Assembly: GCA_965222605.1 (NCBI GenBank)
Contig: OZ244960.1
Coordinates: 1,888,001-1,952,000 of the forward strand
Direction of reading: 5' to 3'
Source of the DNA: Candidatus Latescibacterota bacterium
GTDB lineage: Bacteria > Latescibacterota > UBA2968
DNA length: 64,000 nucleotides
The position numbers were made by a program, and so were the translations under genes. Positions 9,755 through 18,463 of the stretch are shown here, one piece after another. Position 1 is the stretch's first letter. Each line of letters opens with the position of its first letter. A model generated the notes under the pieces. The model was not told the DNA's origin and did no database searches. It was given only the letters and a program-made list of their open reading frames with translations.

Positions 9755-12700
9755 ATGAACACAGTTGACCGGCCAAACAGAGACGCGCTCAATAGTGCGT
9801 TGGACATCTACCGCGACGCCATGCGCCCGTTTATTGTCCGATGCCTGAAGAAGATTCGAGGCACACAGGTCGAAGATGTGATACGCAACGCGTTAAATGA
9901 CCGGCAGGCGGAGCAGTTCAGCCAAAACCTGCGTCAGAACGATAATATTGAAGCTGCTATAGACATCGATGAGTTCCCATTGCTCATCAGTAGAAACTGG
10001 CGCGACATTTTCTGGGAGCAGTTTGATGGGGAAATGACCGTGCAGAATAGGCTATGGCTGATTAAGGAGGCACGGGACAAAGCAGCGCATCCCGGGCAGC
10101 AGGATATGGACGCAGAGTACGTCCGAACCAATCTGTATCAAATCGTCGATGTGCTCGACAAAATCAATGTACCGACACAGAAGCAGGCAGTAGAAAAGAT
10201 CAGGGATCAACTCGTCAACCCTGCCAGTCAAAGCGATCTTGCTATCGCACCGGCACAGGAGCAGAGCGAACCCACAACGCAACCCTCCCGTTCAAGTGGC
10301 AACCTCACACCCTGGCGCGAAGTGATTCGACCCAATACAGATGTTCAGCAGGGAATTTTTCAGGAAGCAGAGTTTGCAGCAGACTTGCAGCAGGTATATG
10401 ATGGACGCGCCAGTGCCACAAATTACGGCAACCCGGTCAGTTTCTTCAATCACACGTATATCACCCCAGGCATCCGCACATTACTGGTAAACACGTTAAA
10501 GCGGCTTAGCGGCAATGGTGGCGATCCAGTTATCCAAACCAAAACGGGCTTCGGCGGAGGCAAGACCCACAGCCTGATCGCGCTCTATCACCTGGTGAAC
10601 AGCACCGATGCCTTGACCAATCCTACTGGAAATGGGCAATCCGAGCAGACCTACAATGAAATACACGGCTTGATGGAAGAGGCTGGGCTGGACACAAGCA
10701 GCGGTATTCAGGCTCGCGTCGCCGTGCTCGATGGGACGTATCTTTCATCCACCGATACAACAAAGACCAGAGAAAAGGACGACCCGCTAAATACACTGTG
10801 GGGGATGATGGCTTACCAGTTGGGTGGACAGGAGGCTTACGACATCGTAGGTCAAGCCGCACGCCAAGGCACAGCACCCGGCGGTGCTCAACTCGATCAG
10901 CTATTCGAACATGTCGCACCCTGTGTCATTCTTATTGACGAACTTGTAGCGTATGTACGCAATGCTGAAAGCGCACAGGACAACATTTACACCTTCGTCC
11001 ATGCACTCACCCAATCTGTCCGCAGGAACGACAAAACTGCTCTGGTTGTAACCCTGCCCGAAAGCAGCATTGAGGCGGGAAGCGATGCCGGTATGGAAGC
11101 CCTCAGTCGGCTTGAGCACCTCCTGGGTCGCATCGAAGCCGTGTGGGAACCCCTTGAAGTCAACGAGGCATTTGAAGTGGTGCGCCGACGGCTCTTTGGC
11201 AATGTTATAGACGAAGCGGAAAGAGATCGCACCTGCGAAAGATTCTCGAGGATGTACAATTCTCGAGACTACCCTCAAGGAACCAGTGAACAGCGTTATT
11301 TGGAACGCATGAAGGCGTGTTATCCCATTCACCCTGAGATATTCGACCGCCTCTATGAGGACTGGTCTGCTATTCCTCAGTTCCAACGCACGCGCGGCGT
11401 ACTTCGGATGATGGCACATTGCGTCAGCCGCCTGTATCTCAACAGCGATTCTTCTCCGCTGATCATGCCGGGCAATCTGACCTTAAGCGATGCAGCATTG
11501 GCCAACGAATTTGTCAGGTTGCTTGGTAGCCAATGGAGTCCAGTCCTATCTGAGGTAGATAGTGACGGCTCCAGGACCGACAATATAGACCGTTCTTACC
11601 AACGATTTGCCAATGTCGGAGGCGCAGCGCGGCGCATAGCTCGTGCCATATTTCTCGGCAGTTCCACAAGCGGTGCCATGAAGGGTATTGATGCCCGCCA
11701 GATTCGCCTGGGCGTCGTCCAACCCGGACAGGGCGTCTCGCTCTATAACGAAGCCCTCAATCGCATGAGCGGCGACCTCTACTATCTCTACAGCAGCGAC
11801 GACCGGTACTATTTTCACGTAGAGGAAAACCTCAATAAAGTCGTCACAGATCGTGCGGGCGCATTGAACAATAGAGAAATCAACGAACACATAGTCAATG
11901 AAATACAAGAGGCTGTCAGACGTCAATCGCAAGTTATAATATGTCCAGATGATTCCAGTGCTGTGCCCGAATCGGATGAGGTGCGCCTGGTGATCCTGCC
12001 GCCTGACAAACCCCTGCCAAGCAGGTCAAGGGAACGCGACGACGCCACACCAGAGGCATTGCACATCCTCCAGAACCGCGGCGACGCAAGTCGGATTCGC
12101 AGAAACACCCTGCTCTTCCTGACCGCCAAGAATGACGAAATTCGCACCCTGCGCAATGCGGTCAGGCAATATCTGGCCTGGCACTCCATCGTCAATGGCG
12201 CAAATCGGCTCGAAAACCTCTCAGGCGACCGTCTAAGACAGGCCCAAAACAGCATCAGAACAGCGGGATCAGAGATACGGACCTCTCTGGTCAGTGCCTA
12301 CCGCTGGGCCATGGCACCCGTGCAAGATGACCCGCAAAAAGCCGAATACCGAATGAACGAATTGCAGATCAATGCCCAGGATACCGGTGAGATTATCCAG
12401 AGTGCGTTCAATATATTTATCAGAGAAGATGCTCTCGTCGAAAACATATCTCCTTCCGCACTTACCAGTATGCTGAATCAATACGTGTGGAAAAATGAGA
12501 CCTACCGCGACCACATCGATATGGATACCCTGTGGAATATGATGACGAATAATGTTTACATGCATCGTCTGCGGAATAAGGACGTTCTGATAAGATGCAT
12601 TGAGCAAGGCGTGACTGAGCGCGAATTCGGATATGCCGCAAGTCACTATAAAGACGATTACAAGGGTCTCCGTTTTGGCGAACCAATGTCTGATGTGCCA

Positions 12701-13096
12701 ATTATAGCAGATAGCGATTCAGGGCTTTTGGTCAATCCCGAAATGGCCCTACTCATAAAGGAAGAAACACCAGAGGAAGAAACGCCGACGCCAACTGACG
12801 ACACAGAGACCTACACCACCGAAGAACCTACCGAAACCGACCATTCTGTAACACCACCAACACAGCGCGGTCCCAGGCACATCACTGCCACCAAGACGAT
12901 GCAGAGCGATATTTCCCTGGATGATGTCAACCTATTGCGCGAAGAGATTATCCGTAACCTGCGCGACGATGGCGGGGAAATAACCATTAGCATTACCATC
13001 AATGCCAAAAAATTAGATGGCTTCTCTGAAAGTATTGCTCGCTCCGTGCGAGAGAACAGCACCCAGCTTAGTATTGATTTTGAACAAAAGCTATGA
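9755..13096 (+). CDS. DUF499 AAA+ ATPase with N-terminal Swt1-like HEPN domain
   Basis: PWREVIRP...EFAADL, Walker A TGFGGGKTHSLIALYH, Walker B ILIDE, YPIHPE, FQRTRGVLR; N-terminal RDKAAH (Rx4H). Confidence 0.88.
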   Translation: MNTVDRPNRDALNSALDIYRDAMRPFIVRCLKKIRGTQVEDVIRNALNDRQAEQFSQNLRQNDNIEAAIDIDEFPLLISRNWRDIFWEQFDGEMTVQNRLWLIKEARDKAAHPGQQDMDAEYVRTNLYQIVDVLDKINVPTQKQAVEKIRDQLVNPASQSDLAIAPAQEQSEPTTQPSRSSGNLTPWREVIRPNTDVQQGIFQEAEFAADLQQVYDGRASATNYGNPVSFFNHTYITPGIRTLLVNTLKRLSGNGGDPVIQTKTGFGGGKTHSLIALYHLVNSTDALTNPTGNGQSEQTYNEIHGLMEEAGLDTSSGIQARVAVLDGTYLSSTDTTKTREKDDPLNTLWGMMAYQLGGQEAYDIVGQAARQGTAPGGAQLDQLFEHVAPCVILIDELVAYVRNAESAQDNIYTFVHALTQSVRRNDKTALVVTLPESSIEAGSDAGMEALSRLEHLLGRIEAVWEPLEVNEAFEVVRRRLFGNVIDEAERDRTCERFSRMYNSRDYPQGTSEQRYLERMKACYPIHPEIFDRLYEDWSAIPQFQRTRGVLRMMAHCVSRLYLNSDSSPLIMPGNLTLSDAALANEFVRLLGSQWSPVLSEVDSDGSRTDNIDRSYQRFANVGGAARRIARAIFLGSSTSGAMKGIDARQIRLGVVQPGQGVSLYNEALNRMSGDLYYLYSSDDRYYFHVEENLNKVVTDRAGALNNREINEHIVNEIQEAVRRQSQVIICPDDSSAVPESDEVRLVILPPDKPLPSRSRERDDATPEALHILQNRGDASRIRRNTLLFLTAKNDEIRTLRNAVRQYLAWHSIVNGANRLENLSGDRLRQAQNSIRTAGSEIRTSLVSAYRWAMAPVQDDPQKAEYRMNELQINAQDTGEIIQSAFNIFIREDALVENISPSALTSMLNQYVWKNETYRDHIDMDTLWNMMTNNVYMHRLRNKDVLIRCIEQGVTEREFGYAASHYKDDYKGLRFGEPMSDVPIIADSDSGLLVNPEMALLIKEETPEEETPTPTDDTETYTTEEPTETDHSVTPPTQRGPRHITATKTMQSDISLDDVNLLREEIIRNLRDDGGEITISITINAKKLDGFSESIARSVRENSTQLSIDFEQKL

Positions 13097-14016
13097 AATA
13101 CTATTTAACCCGTGGAACCTTTGGAGCGACCGATCTTGAAATCGATGAAAACGACTACGAGGGCTACAACGAATCAAATAAGATACTCACAAGCTGTTTG
13201 TCGTTTGAAAAAAGCTATGAAATCCTGATCTTAAACTACATCGATCTGGAAAATGAGCGGTTATCATGGGCAACGCTTGAGATGGTAAGAGTCGTGCCGA
13301 CAGATGACTTTTTGAACGCGACACTCTCTTTAGATCGGCGAATGATAAACTTTTTATCAACGGCTCGTCTGCATATTGAACATCTTCAAAAACGGGGAGG
13401 AGACTGCGTGAGCGGTCAGTCCATTGAAGATGTCAAAGCTGTCATTAAATGTTTCTGCGATACCGAGAAGGCCAATAAGCCTGAATATAAGTTCATGTGG
13501 GACCTCCGAAATGAGGTGCTGCACTCGAGCTTACCAACTCGCTGGGTCAGTTTCTCTTCAAATCGGACGAACCCGTTTGATGATCCAAATTCAAAATTCG
13601 AGTATTCGCTAAACTTTGGATTGTTGAAATCGTTAGCCATGGGTTTTAAGCAGAACGAACTCGAGTCCATATCAAGCAATGACAAAATCGATTTGATGTC
13701 GGTTAGCAGGGTTTATATGGAATCACTCAGCACTATTCACGTAAAGTTTAGAGATTACATCGCAGAGTCGGTTTCTCAAGCGCGTAGCAAAATAGAAGAA
13801 GCGTTCCATCGGTACAAAAAAGTGTGCGAAGATAACCTAAATGGCCTGTATCTTTTGAAAGTCAATGACTCGTCTGATATTGTAGAAAAGCCATACTTGG
13901 TAGAACAGTCATACTTGTCTTTGTTCCATGATGATCGGCGTATTCAACTGCAAAAAAAGAATCGCAAGCTCGTCAACTTGCGTAATAGCCATGTAACTGG
14001 GAAACAGGCCGAGTGA
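13093..14016 (+). CDS. Hypothetical helical protein, putative HEPN-like RNase
   Basis: ATGA overlap with the DUF499 gene; NFLSTARL...LRNEVLH contains Rx4H. Confidence 0.6.
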   Translation: MKYYLTRGTFGATDLEIDENDYEGYNESNKILTSCLSFEKSYEILILNYIDLENERLSWATLEMVRVVPTDDFLNATLSLDRRMINFLSTARLHIEHLQKRGGDCVSGQSIEDVKAVIKCFCDTEKANKPEYKFMWDLRNEVLHSSLPTRWVSFSSNRTNPFDDPNSKFEYSLNFGLLKSLAMGFKQNELESISSNDKIDLMSVSRVYMESLSTIHVKFRDYIAESVSQARSKIEEAFHRYKKVCEDNLNGLYLLKVNDSSDIVEKPYLVEQSYLSLFHDDRRIQLQKKNRKLVNLRNSHVTGKQAE

Positions 14017-14122
14017 CGAGGGATGAACGGGTATTTCCTGTCAGAAGAATCTATGAAGTATGATAAATTACTATGCCGAAAATCGTGATAACGACTAACC
14101 GCATTAATGAAGAAAGAATGTT

Positions 14123-16930
14123 ATGACTACCCAACCCCAATACCGCCGTAAACTCATCGAAGTTGACCTACCACTGGATGATATTAACCGCGAATCCGCA
14201 CGCGAAAAGTCCATCCGGCACGGCCATCCCTCGACCCTGCACTTGTGGTGGGCACGCCGGCCCTTGGCCACCTGCCGTGCCGTCATTTTTGCCAGTATGG
14301 TAGATGACCCTTCCGAATGTCCCGACGAGTTTCCCGACGAAGAGACGCAACGCATTGAGCGCGAGCGGCTGCATGGGATCATCAAAGAACTGGTTAAGTG
14401 GGAGAATACGGACGAGAGCAAACCCGATGTGAAGGTACTCATAGCGGAAGCGCGGTACGAAATTGCTCGCTCAGTGGCACGCACACACGGCGAAACTGCA
14501 CCTAACGATCCGGCTAAAGTGCTACGCTATCTGAACAACAAGGCTCTACCCATCTACGATCCCTTCGCTGGCGGTGGCTCTATACCCCTTGAAGCGCAAC
14601 GGCTTGGACTACGTGCCATTGGCTCCGATCTCAACCCGGTGGCTGTCCTCATCAACAAGGCATTGATTGAACTTCCACACAAATTCAGAAATCGTCCACC
14701 CGTCAATCCCGATGCTGATTCGATGGGCATGACCGTGGGCAAGGGCAGAAGGGCACAGCGCGTCCCCTGGCGTGGTGTGGCAGGACTCGCAGACGATATC
14801 CGCTACTACGGCCAGTGGATGCGCGAAGAGGCGTATAAACGTATCGGTCATTTCTATCCAATGGTAAAACTGTCCGATGGTAGCGAGGCTACCATAATCG
14901 CGTGGCTGTGGGCGCGAACTGTTCCTTGCCCTAATCCAGCCTGCGGGATAAACATGCCGCTTATGCGAACATTTCAGTTGTCAAAGAAGCGCGGCAACGC
15001 GCACTGGACGAGGCCCATTGTTGATCGAGAAACAAAGACCATATCGTGGATCGTACAGGACAATTCCAATGGCGTTCCAACCGGCACGGTGGATCGCAAC
15101 GGCGCAACCTGCCTCGGCTGCGGCGGCGCGGTAAAGCTGACTTATGTGCGCGAACAGGCGCGGGCCGGTAACATGGACGAGGTTATGACGACGATAGTCG
15201 CAGAAGGCGACCGCAAGCGGCTATTCCTATCGCCCACTGACGAGCATATTCAAGCAGCGTTGAATGCAGAACCAGGATGGCGACCAAGCGGAAACTTACC
15301 TGAAAGGGCGTTGAGCTTTAGAGTACAGGCGTATGGTTTTACGAATTGGTACCAGCTTTTCACGGAAAGGCAATTGACTGCGCTGACTACGTTTAGCGAC
15401 TTGGTGCCTGAGGTTGGCGAACAGGCGATAAAAGACGGGGCTGATGGGGCGTATGCCGATACTATCTGTACTTACCTTGCATTGGCTATTGGAAGAGTTG
15501 CGAACGGGAGTTGTGGATTCACAGTGTGGAACGCCCCTGGAGAAAAAATTGAGGGGGTTTTTTCACGCCAGGCAATTCCAATGGCTTGGGACTTTCCTGA
15601 AGTCAATCTATTTTCAAGCTCAACGAAAAACTGGTTAGACCTCGTTGGTGCGATTAGCAAGGTTGTAGAGCGTCTGCCCGCTGATGTGAACGCAGGAGAA
15701 GCATATCAAGCCGATGCATCTACCACAATTTACGCCGAAAGTGGCCCGGTGATCGTTACCGACCCTCCTTATTACGACAACATCGGCTACGCCGATTTGT
15801 CCGATTTTTTTTATGCGTGGCTACGCCCGATGCTTAGGGACATCTATCCCGACCTATTTGCAGGAATTCTTGTTCCTAAAGATGAGGAAATGATTGCTAC
15901 TCCGTTCCGGTTTGAGAATCCACGCGAAAGATTCGAGGACTTGCTGAATAAGACTTTGCGATTGATACGGGAGCGCTGCTCGCCGGAGTTTCCATCGTCC
16001 ATTTTCTACGCCTACAAGCAACAAGAAAAGAAGAGGGGCGATAGAACATCAACAGGTTGGGAAACGATGCTTACGGCACTCGTCTCGGCTGGCTTTCAAT
16101 TAATCGGCACCTGGCCGATGCGGACTGAGCGTCCAACCGGTGTCAAAGTAGGTGCCAATGTGCTCGCTTCGTCCGTCATCCTCGTCTGCCGTCCGCGTCC
16201 AGATGATGCACCTGTTGCCACGCGCCGTCAATTCTTTGATGCACTGGAGAAAGAACTGCCTGAGGCCCTTGACCAACTCACGCAAGAAGGGCATATCGCC
16301 CCGACCGATCTCGCGCAAGCCGCCATCGGACCAGGGATGCAGATTTACTCGCGCTACAGCCGCGTAGAGACCATAAGTGGCGAGCCGGTGCCGGTGCGCG
16401 AAGCCTTGGCAGCTATCAACAAAGCCATTGCCGATTACGACGAACGGCAAGAGGGTGACCTGGATTCGGAGAGCCGCTTCTGCATGGATTGGCTGAAAAC
16501 TTATGGCTATGGAGAAGGACAATACGGCGAGGCAGAGACGCTGGCACGCGCCAAAAATGTAGCCATCAGCAACTTAAATTTGTACCGCTTGCTCACTGCT
16601 GAAGGAGGCAGGGTGAAATTGCTGCCAATTGACGAGTTTGGAGACAGCCGACCACTGACCCTGGGCAATATGACGGCCTGGGAAGGATGTTTCCGAATGG
16701 CATATCATATGAACCGCGAGGATGGTGGAGGCATTAAAGGCGCGGGCATGGTTGCGCGAGCGATGGACGGCAATGTGGAATCTATCGAACGACTGGCGCG
16801 CATCCTCTACGGACATTATGACCGCAAAGGCGACTCTCAAAACGCGGTTATCTTCAACAACCTCGTCACGTCCTGGCAGGATATTATCACGGAAATGCAG
16901 AATGAAGGTCAAAGAACGCTGGAGATATGA
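14123..16930 (+). CDS. DUF1156-domain adenine-specific DNA methyltransferase
   Basis: KLIEVDLPL, LHLWWARRPL, DPFAGGGSIP (SAM binding), CPNPAC Zn ribbon, TDPPYYDN catalytic motif. Confidence 0.92.
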   Translation: MTTQPQYRRKLIEVDLPLDDINRESAREKSIRHGHPSTLHLWWARRPLATCRAVIFASMVDDPSECPDEFPDEETQRIERERLHGIIKELVKWENTDESKPDVKVLIAEARYEIARSVARTHGETAPNDPAKVLRYLNNKALPIYDPFAGGGSIPLEAQRLGLRAIGSDLNPVAVLINKALIELPHKFRNRPPVNPDADSMGMTVGKGRRAQRVPWRGVAGLADDIRYYGQWMREEAYKRIGHFYPMVKLSDGSEATIIAWLWARTVPCPNPACGINMPLMRTFQLSKKRGNAHWTRPIVDRETKTISWIVQDNSNGVPTGTVDRNGATCLGCGGAVKLTYVREQARAGNMDEVMTTIVAEGDRKRLFLSPTDEHIQAALNAEPGWRPSGNLPERALSFRVQAYGFTNWYQLFTERQLTALTTFSDLVPEVGEQAIKDGADGAYADTICTYLALAIGRVANGSCGFTVWNAPGEKIEGVFSRQAIPMAWDFPEVNLFSSSTKNWLDLVGAISKVVERLPADVNAGEAYQADASTTIYAESGPVIVTDPPYYDNIGYADLSDFFYAWLRPMLRDIYPDLFAGILVPKDEEMIATPFRFENPRERFEDLLNKTLRLIRERCSPEFPSSIFYAYKQQEKKRGDRTSTGWETMLTALVSAGFQLIGTWPMRTERPTGVKVGANVLASSVILVCRPRPDDAPVATRRQFFDALEKELPEALDQLTQEGHIAPTDLAQAAIGPGMQIYSRYSRVETISGEPVPVREALAAINKAIADYDERQEGDLDSESRFCMDWLKTYGYGEGQYGEAETLARAKNVAISNLNLYRLLTAEGGRVKLLPIDEFGDSRPLTLGNMTAWEGCFRMAYHMNREDGGGIKGAGMVARAMDGNVESIERLARILYGHYDRKGDSQNAVIFNNLVTSWQDIITEMQNEGQRTLEI

Positions 16931-17307
16931 GTGTGAAACACGATAGCAGTTCAACAACGCCCTTCGCCCTGAAGTACCAGCTTGAGCAGGATATCCGTCC
17001 GTTCAATCGGGATAGCGTGCGCAACTTACCAAAAGATCGTTCAGGCGTGTACGCAATGTGGCTTCCCATCGGTGACGAAGGCGATTACGACTGTTTGTAC
17101 GTCGGCATGTCTCGGGTCTGTGTGCGGCAACGCCTCTTGCAGCACCTCTCCGATGAAGACAATCCCGAACTTCGACGCCAGCTTCGCATGTTCCGCGACA
17201 TCGTCCAGTTCTCAGCAGCATTTACCCAGGGTGTGCAACAGACTCGTGCGCTGGAGGCCTTGGTCATCCATGACTGGCAACCAGAAACGAATAGGATCCA
17301 CAAGTGA
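16927..17307 (+). CDS. Small GIY-YIG nuclease-like protein
   Basis: SGVY...LYVG..S..VRQRLLQH...LE..VI...P..N pattern; ATGA overlap with the methylase gene. Confidence 0.75.
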   Translation: MSVKHDSSSTTPFALKYQLEQDIRPFNRDSVRNLPKDRSGVYAMWLPIGDEGDYDCLYVGMSRVCVRQRLLQHLSDEDNPELRRQLRMFRDIVQFSAAFTQGVQQTRALEALVIHDWQPETNRIHK

Positions 17308-17388
17308 ACGGTGGACACAGCCTGAGAGAGGTGAGGAAGTGAAGGTAGGATCGGTGCCTGAGTATCCTATCAAGACAAATGGCAGTAC

Positions 17389-17450
17389 AAAAAAATAGAC
17401 GCCCCTTGCGGAGCGTCGGGCCAACGATACTATCGTTGGGGTAGTAAAAG
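17389..17450 (-). ncRNA. Putative small RNA, copy 1 (two hairpins + U tract)
   Basis: Minus strand: CCAACGAT-AGT-ATCGTTGG hairpin, GACGCTCC-GCAA-GGGGCGTC hairpin, T run; upstream TTGACG-N16-TAGATT at 17480-17453. Confidence 0.6.
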
Positions 17451-17495
17451 AAAATCTACTAAAATATGTCATTCCGTCAAAAAAAGTTCTATAAT

Positions 17496-17551
17496 AAAGA
17501 AACGCCCCTTTCGGGGCGTCGGCCCAACGATACTACTCGTTGAGGTGGTAT
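17496..17551 (-). ncRNA. Putative small RNA, copy 2, divergent from the NYN gene
   Basis: Minus strand: CTCAACGA-GTAGTA-TCGTTGGG, ACGCCCC-GAAA-GGGGCGT, TTCTTT; upstream TTGACT-N17-TATTAT at 17584-17556. Confidence 0.6.
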
Positions 17552-17619
17552 GATAATAATACTCAACGTAATATAATAAGTCAATATTTGTTTCACTTTT
17601 TTTCTGGCAGGAGAGGCCA

Positions 17620-18243
17620 TTGATACAGCGAGTGTCGGTGTACATTGACGGGTTCAATCTCTACTACGGCCTCAGATCCAAGGGCTGGCGGCGTTACTAC
17701 TGGCTTGACCTTCGTCGTCTGGCTGAGAAACTGCTAATCCCTGACCAGCATTTGGTGGCGGTCAGGTATTTTACCGCTAAGATTCTGCATCAGACCGACG
17801 ACCCAAAAAAAAAGAGACGGCAGAATACCTACCTGGAAGCACTGGCTACGCTTCCAGACCTACACATCCATTACGGTTACTACCTTTCAAAGAACAGAAC
17901 CTGCTCGCAATGTGGCGCGACCAGGCAGACCTACGAGGAAAAAATGACAGATGTAAATATTGCCGTTGAGTTACTCAGCGACGCTCAGGATGATGCTTTC
18001 GATACGGCAATCATCATCTCTGGCGATAGTGATTTGTCAGGCCCGATAAGTTCTGTCTGCCAACGTTACCCAAAGAAACGGGTAATTGTAGCCTTCCCGC
18101 CAGAACGCAGTTCTTTCCAGTTGCAGCAGATGGCAACTGCATATTTTACCATAAGCCGCAAGAAACTCAGTGACAGTCAATTACCGGATCGGATCACCAA
18201 GACTGATGGCTACGTCCTCAGCAAGCCTCTGAAATGGCGTTAA
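17620..18243 (+). CDS. NYN-domain (PIN-like, LabA/DUF88) ribonuclease
   Basis: VYIDGFNLYYG, YFTA, EEKMTDVNIA, IISGDSDL acidic motifs; CSQC insert; GGAGAGG RBS and TTG start. Confidence 0.9.
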   Translation: MIQRVSVYIDGFNLYYGLRSKGWRRYYWLDLRRLAEKLLIPDQHLVAVRYFTAKILHQTDDPKKKRRQNTYLEALATLPDLHIHYGYYLSKNRTCSQCGATRQTYEEKMTDVNIAVELLSDAQDDAFDTAIIISGDSDLSGPISSVCQRYPKKRVIVAFPPERSSFQLQQMATAYFTISRKKLSDSQLPDRITKTDGYVLSKPLKWR

Positions 18244-18254
18244 TGACAGAACCT

Positions 18255-18313
18255 AAAAAAGAAACGCCCCTTTCGGGGCGTCGGGCCAACGATACTATCG
18301 TTGGGGTGGTAGA
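18255..18313 (-). ncRNA. Putative small RNA, copy 3, downstream of and convergent with the NYN gene
   Basis: Same two hairpins + T tract; upstream TTGACG-N16-TAGATT at 18344-18317. Confidence 0.6.
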
Positions 18314-18463
18314 AGAAATCTACTTAAGTATGTAATTTCGTCAAGAAAAAGTTCTATTGGCGAATCGAAATTTGGCACGCAAGAATGCAATGACATAAAG
18401 TGGTAATATTCTTACATTTTATATTCCTTATGTCTATACCCCGTTGCATAGAAAGGAAATCTT

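Larger units (their letters stand above)
9719..18460. mobile_element. Defence-like island inserted between aceE and aceF
   Basis: Splits the normally contiguous aceE-aceF-lpdA operon; five co-oriented nuclease/ATPase/methylase genes; no integrase or terminal repeats seen. Confidence 0.65.

Noticed and set aside
16982-17398. 138-aa alternative-frame ORF
   Set aside because: Overlaps the GIY-YIG gene, has no motifs and a Ser/Cys-rich shadow composition.
17389-18356. CRISPR array interpretation of the three palindromic repeats
   Set aside because: Units are ~55-95 bp, irregularly spaced, each with promoter and terminator features, and no cas genes are in the window.
18372-18390. Sigma54 promoter upstream of aceF (TTGGCACGCAAGAATGCA)
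   Set aside because: GG-to-GC spacing is 11 nt rather than the required 10.
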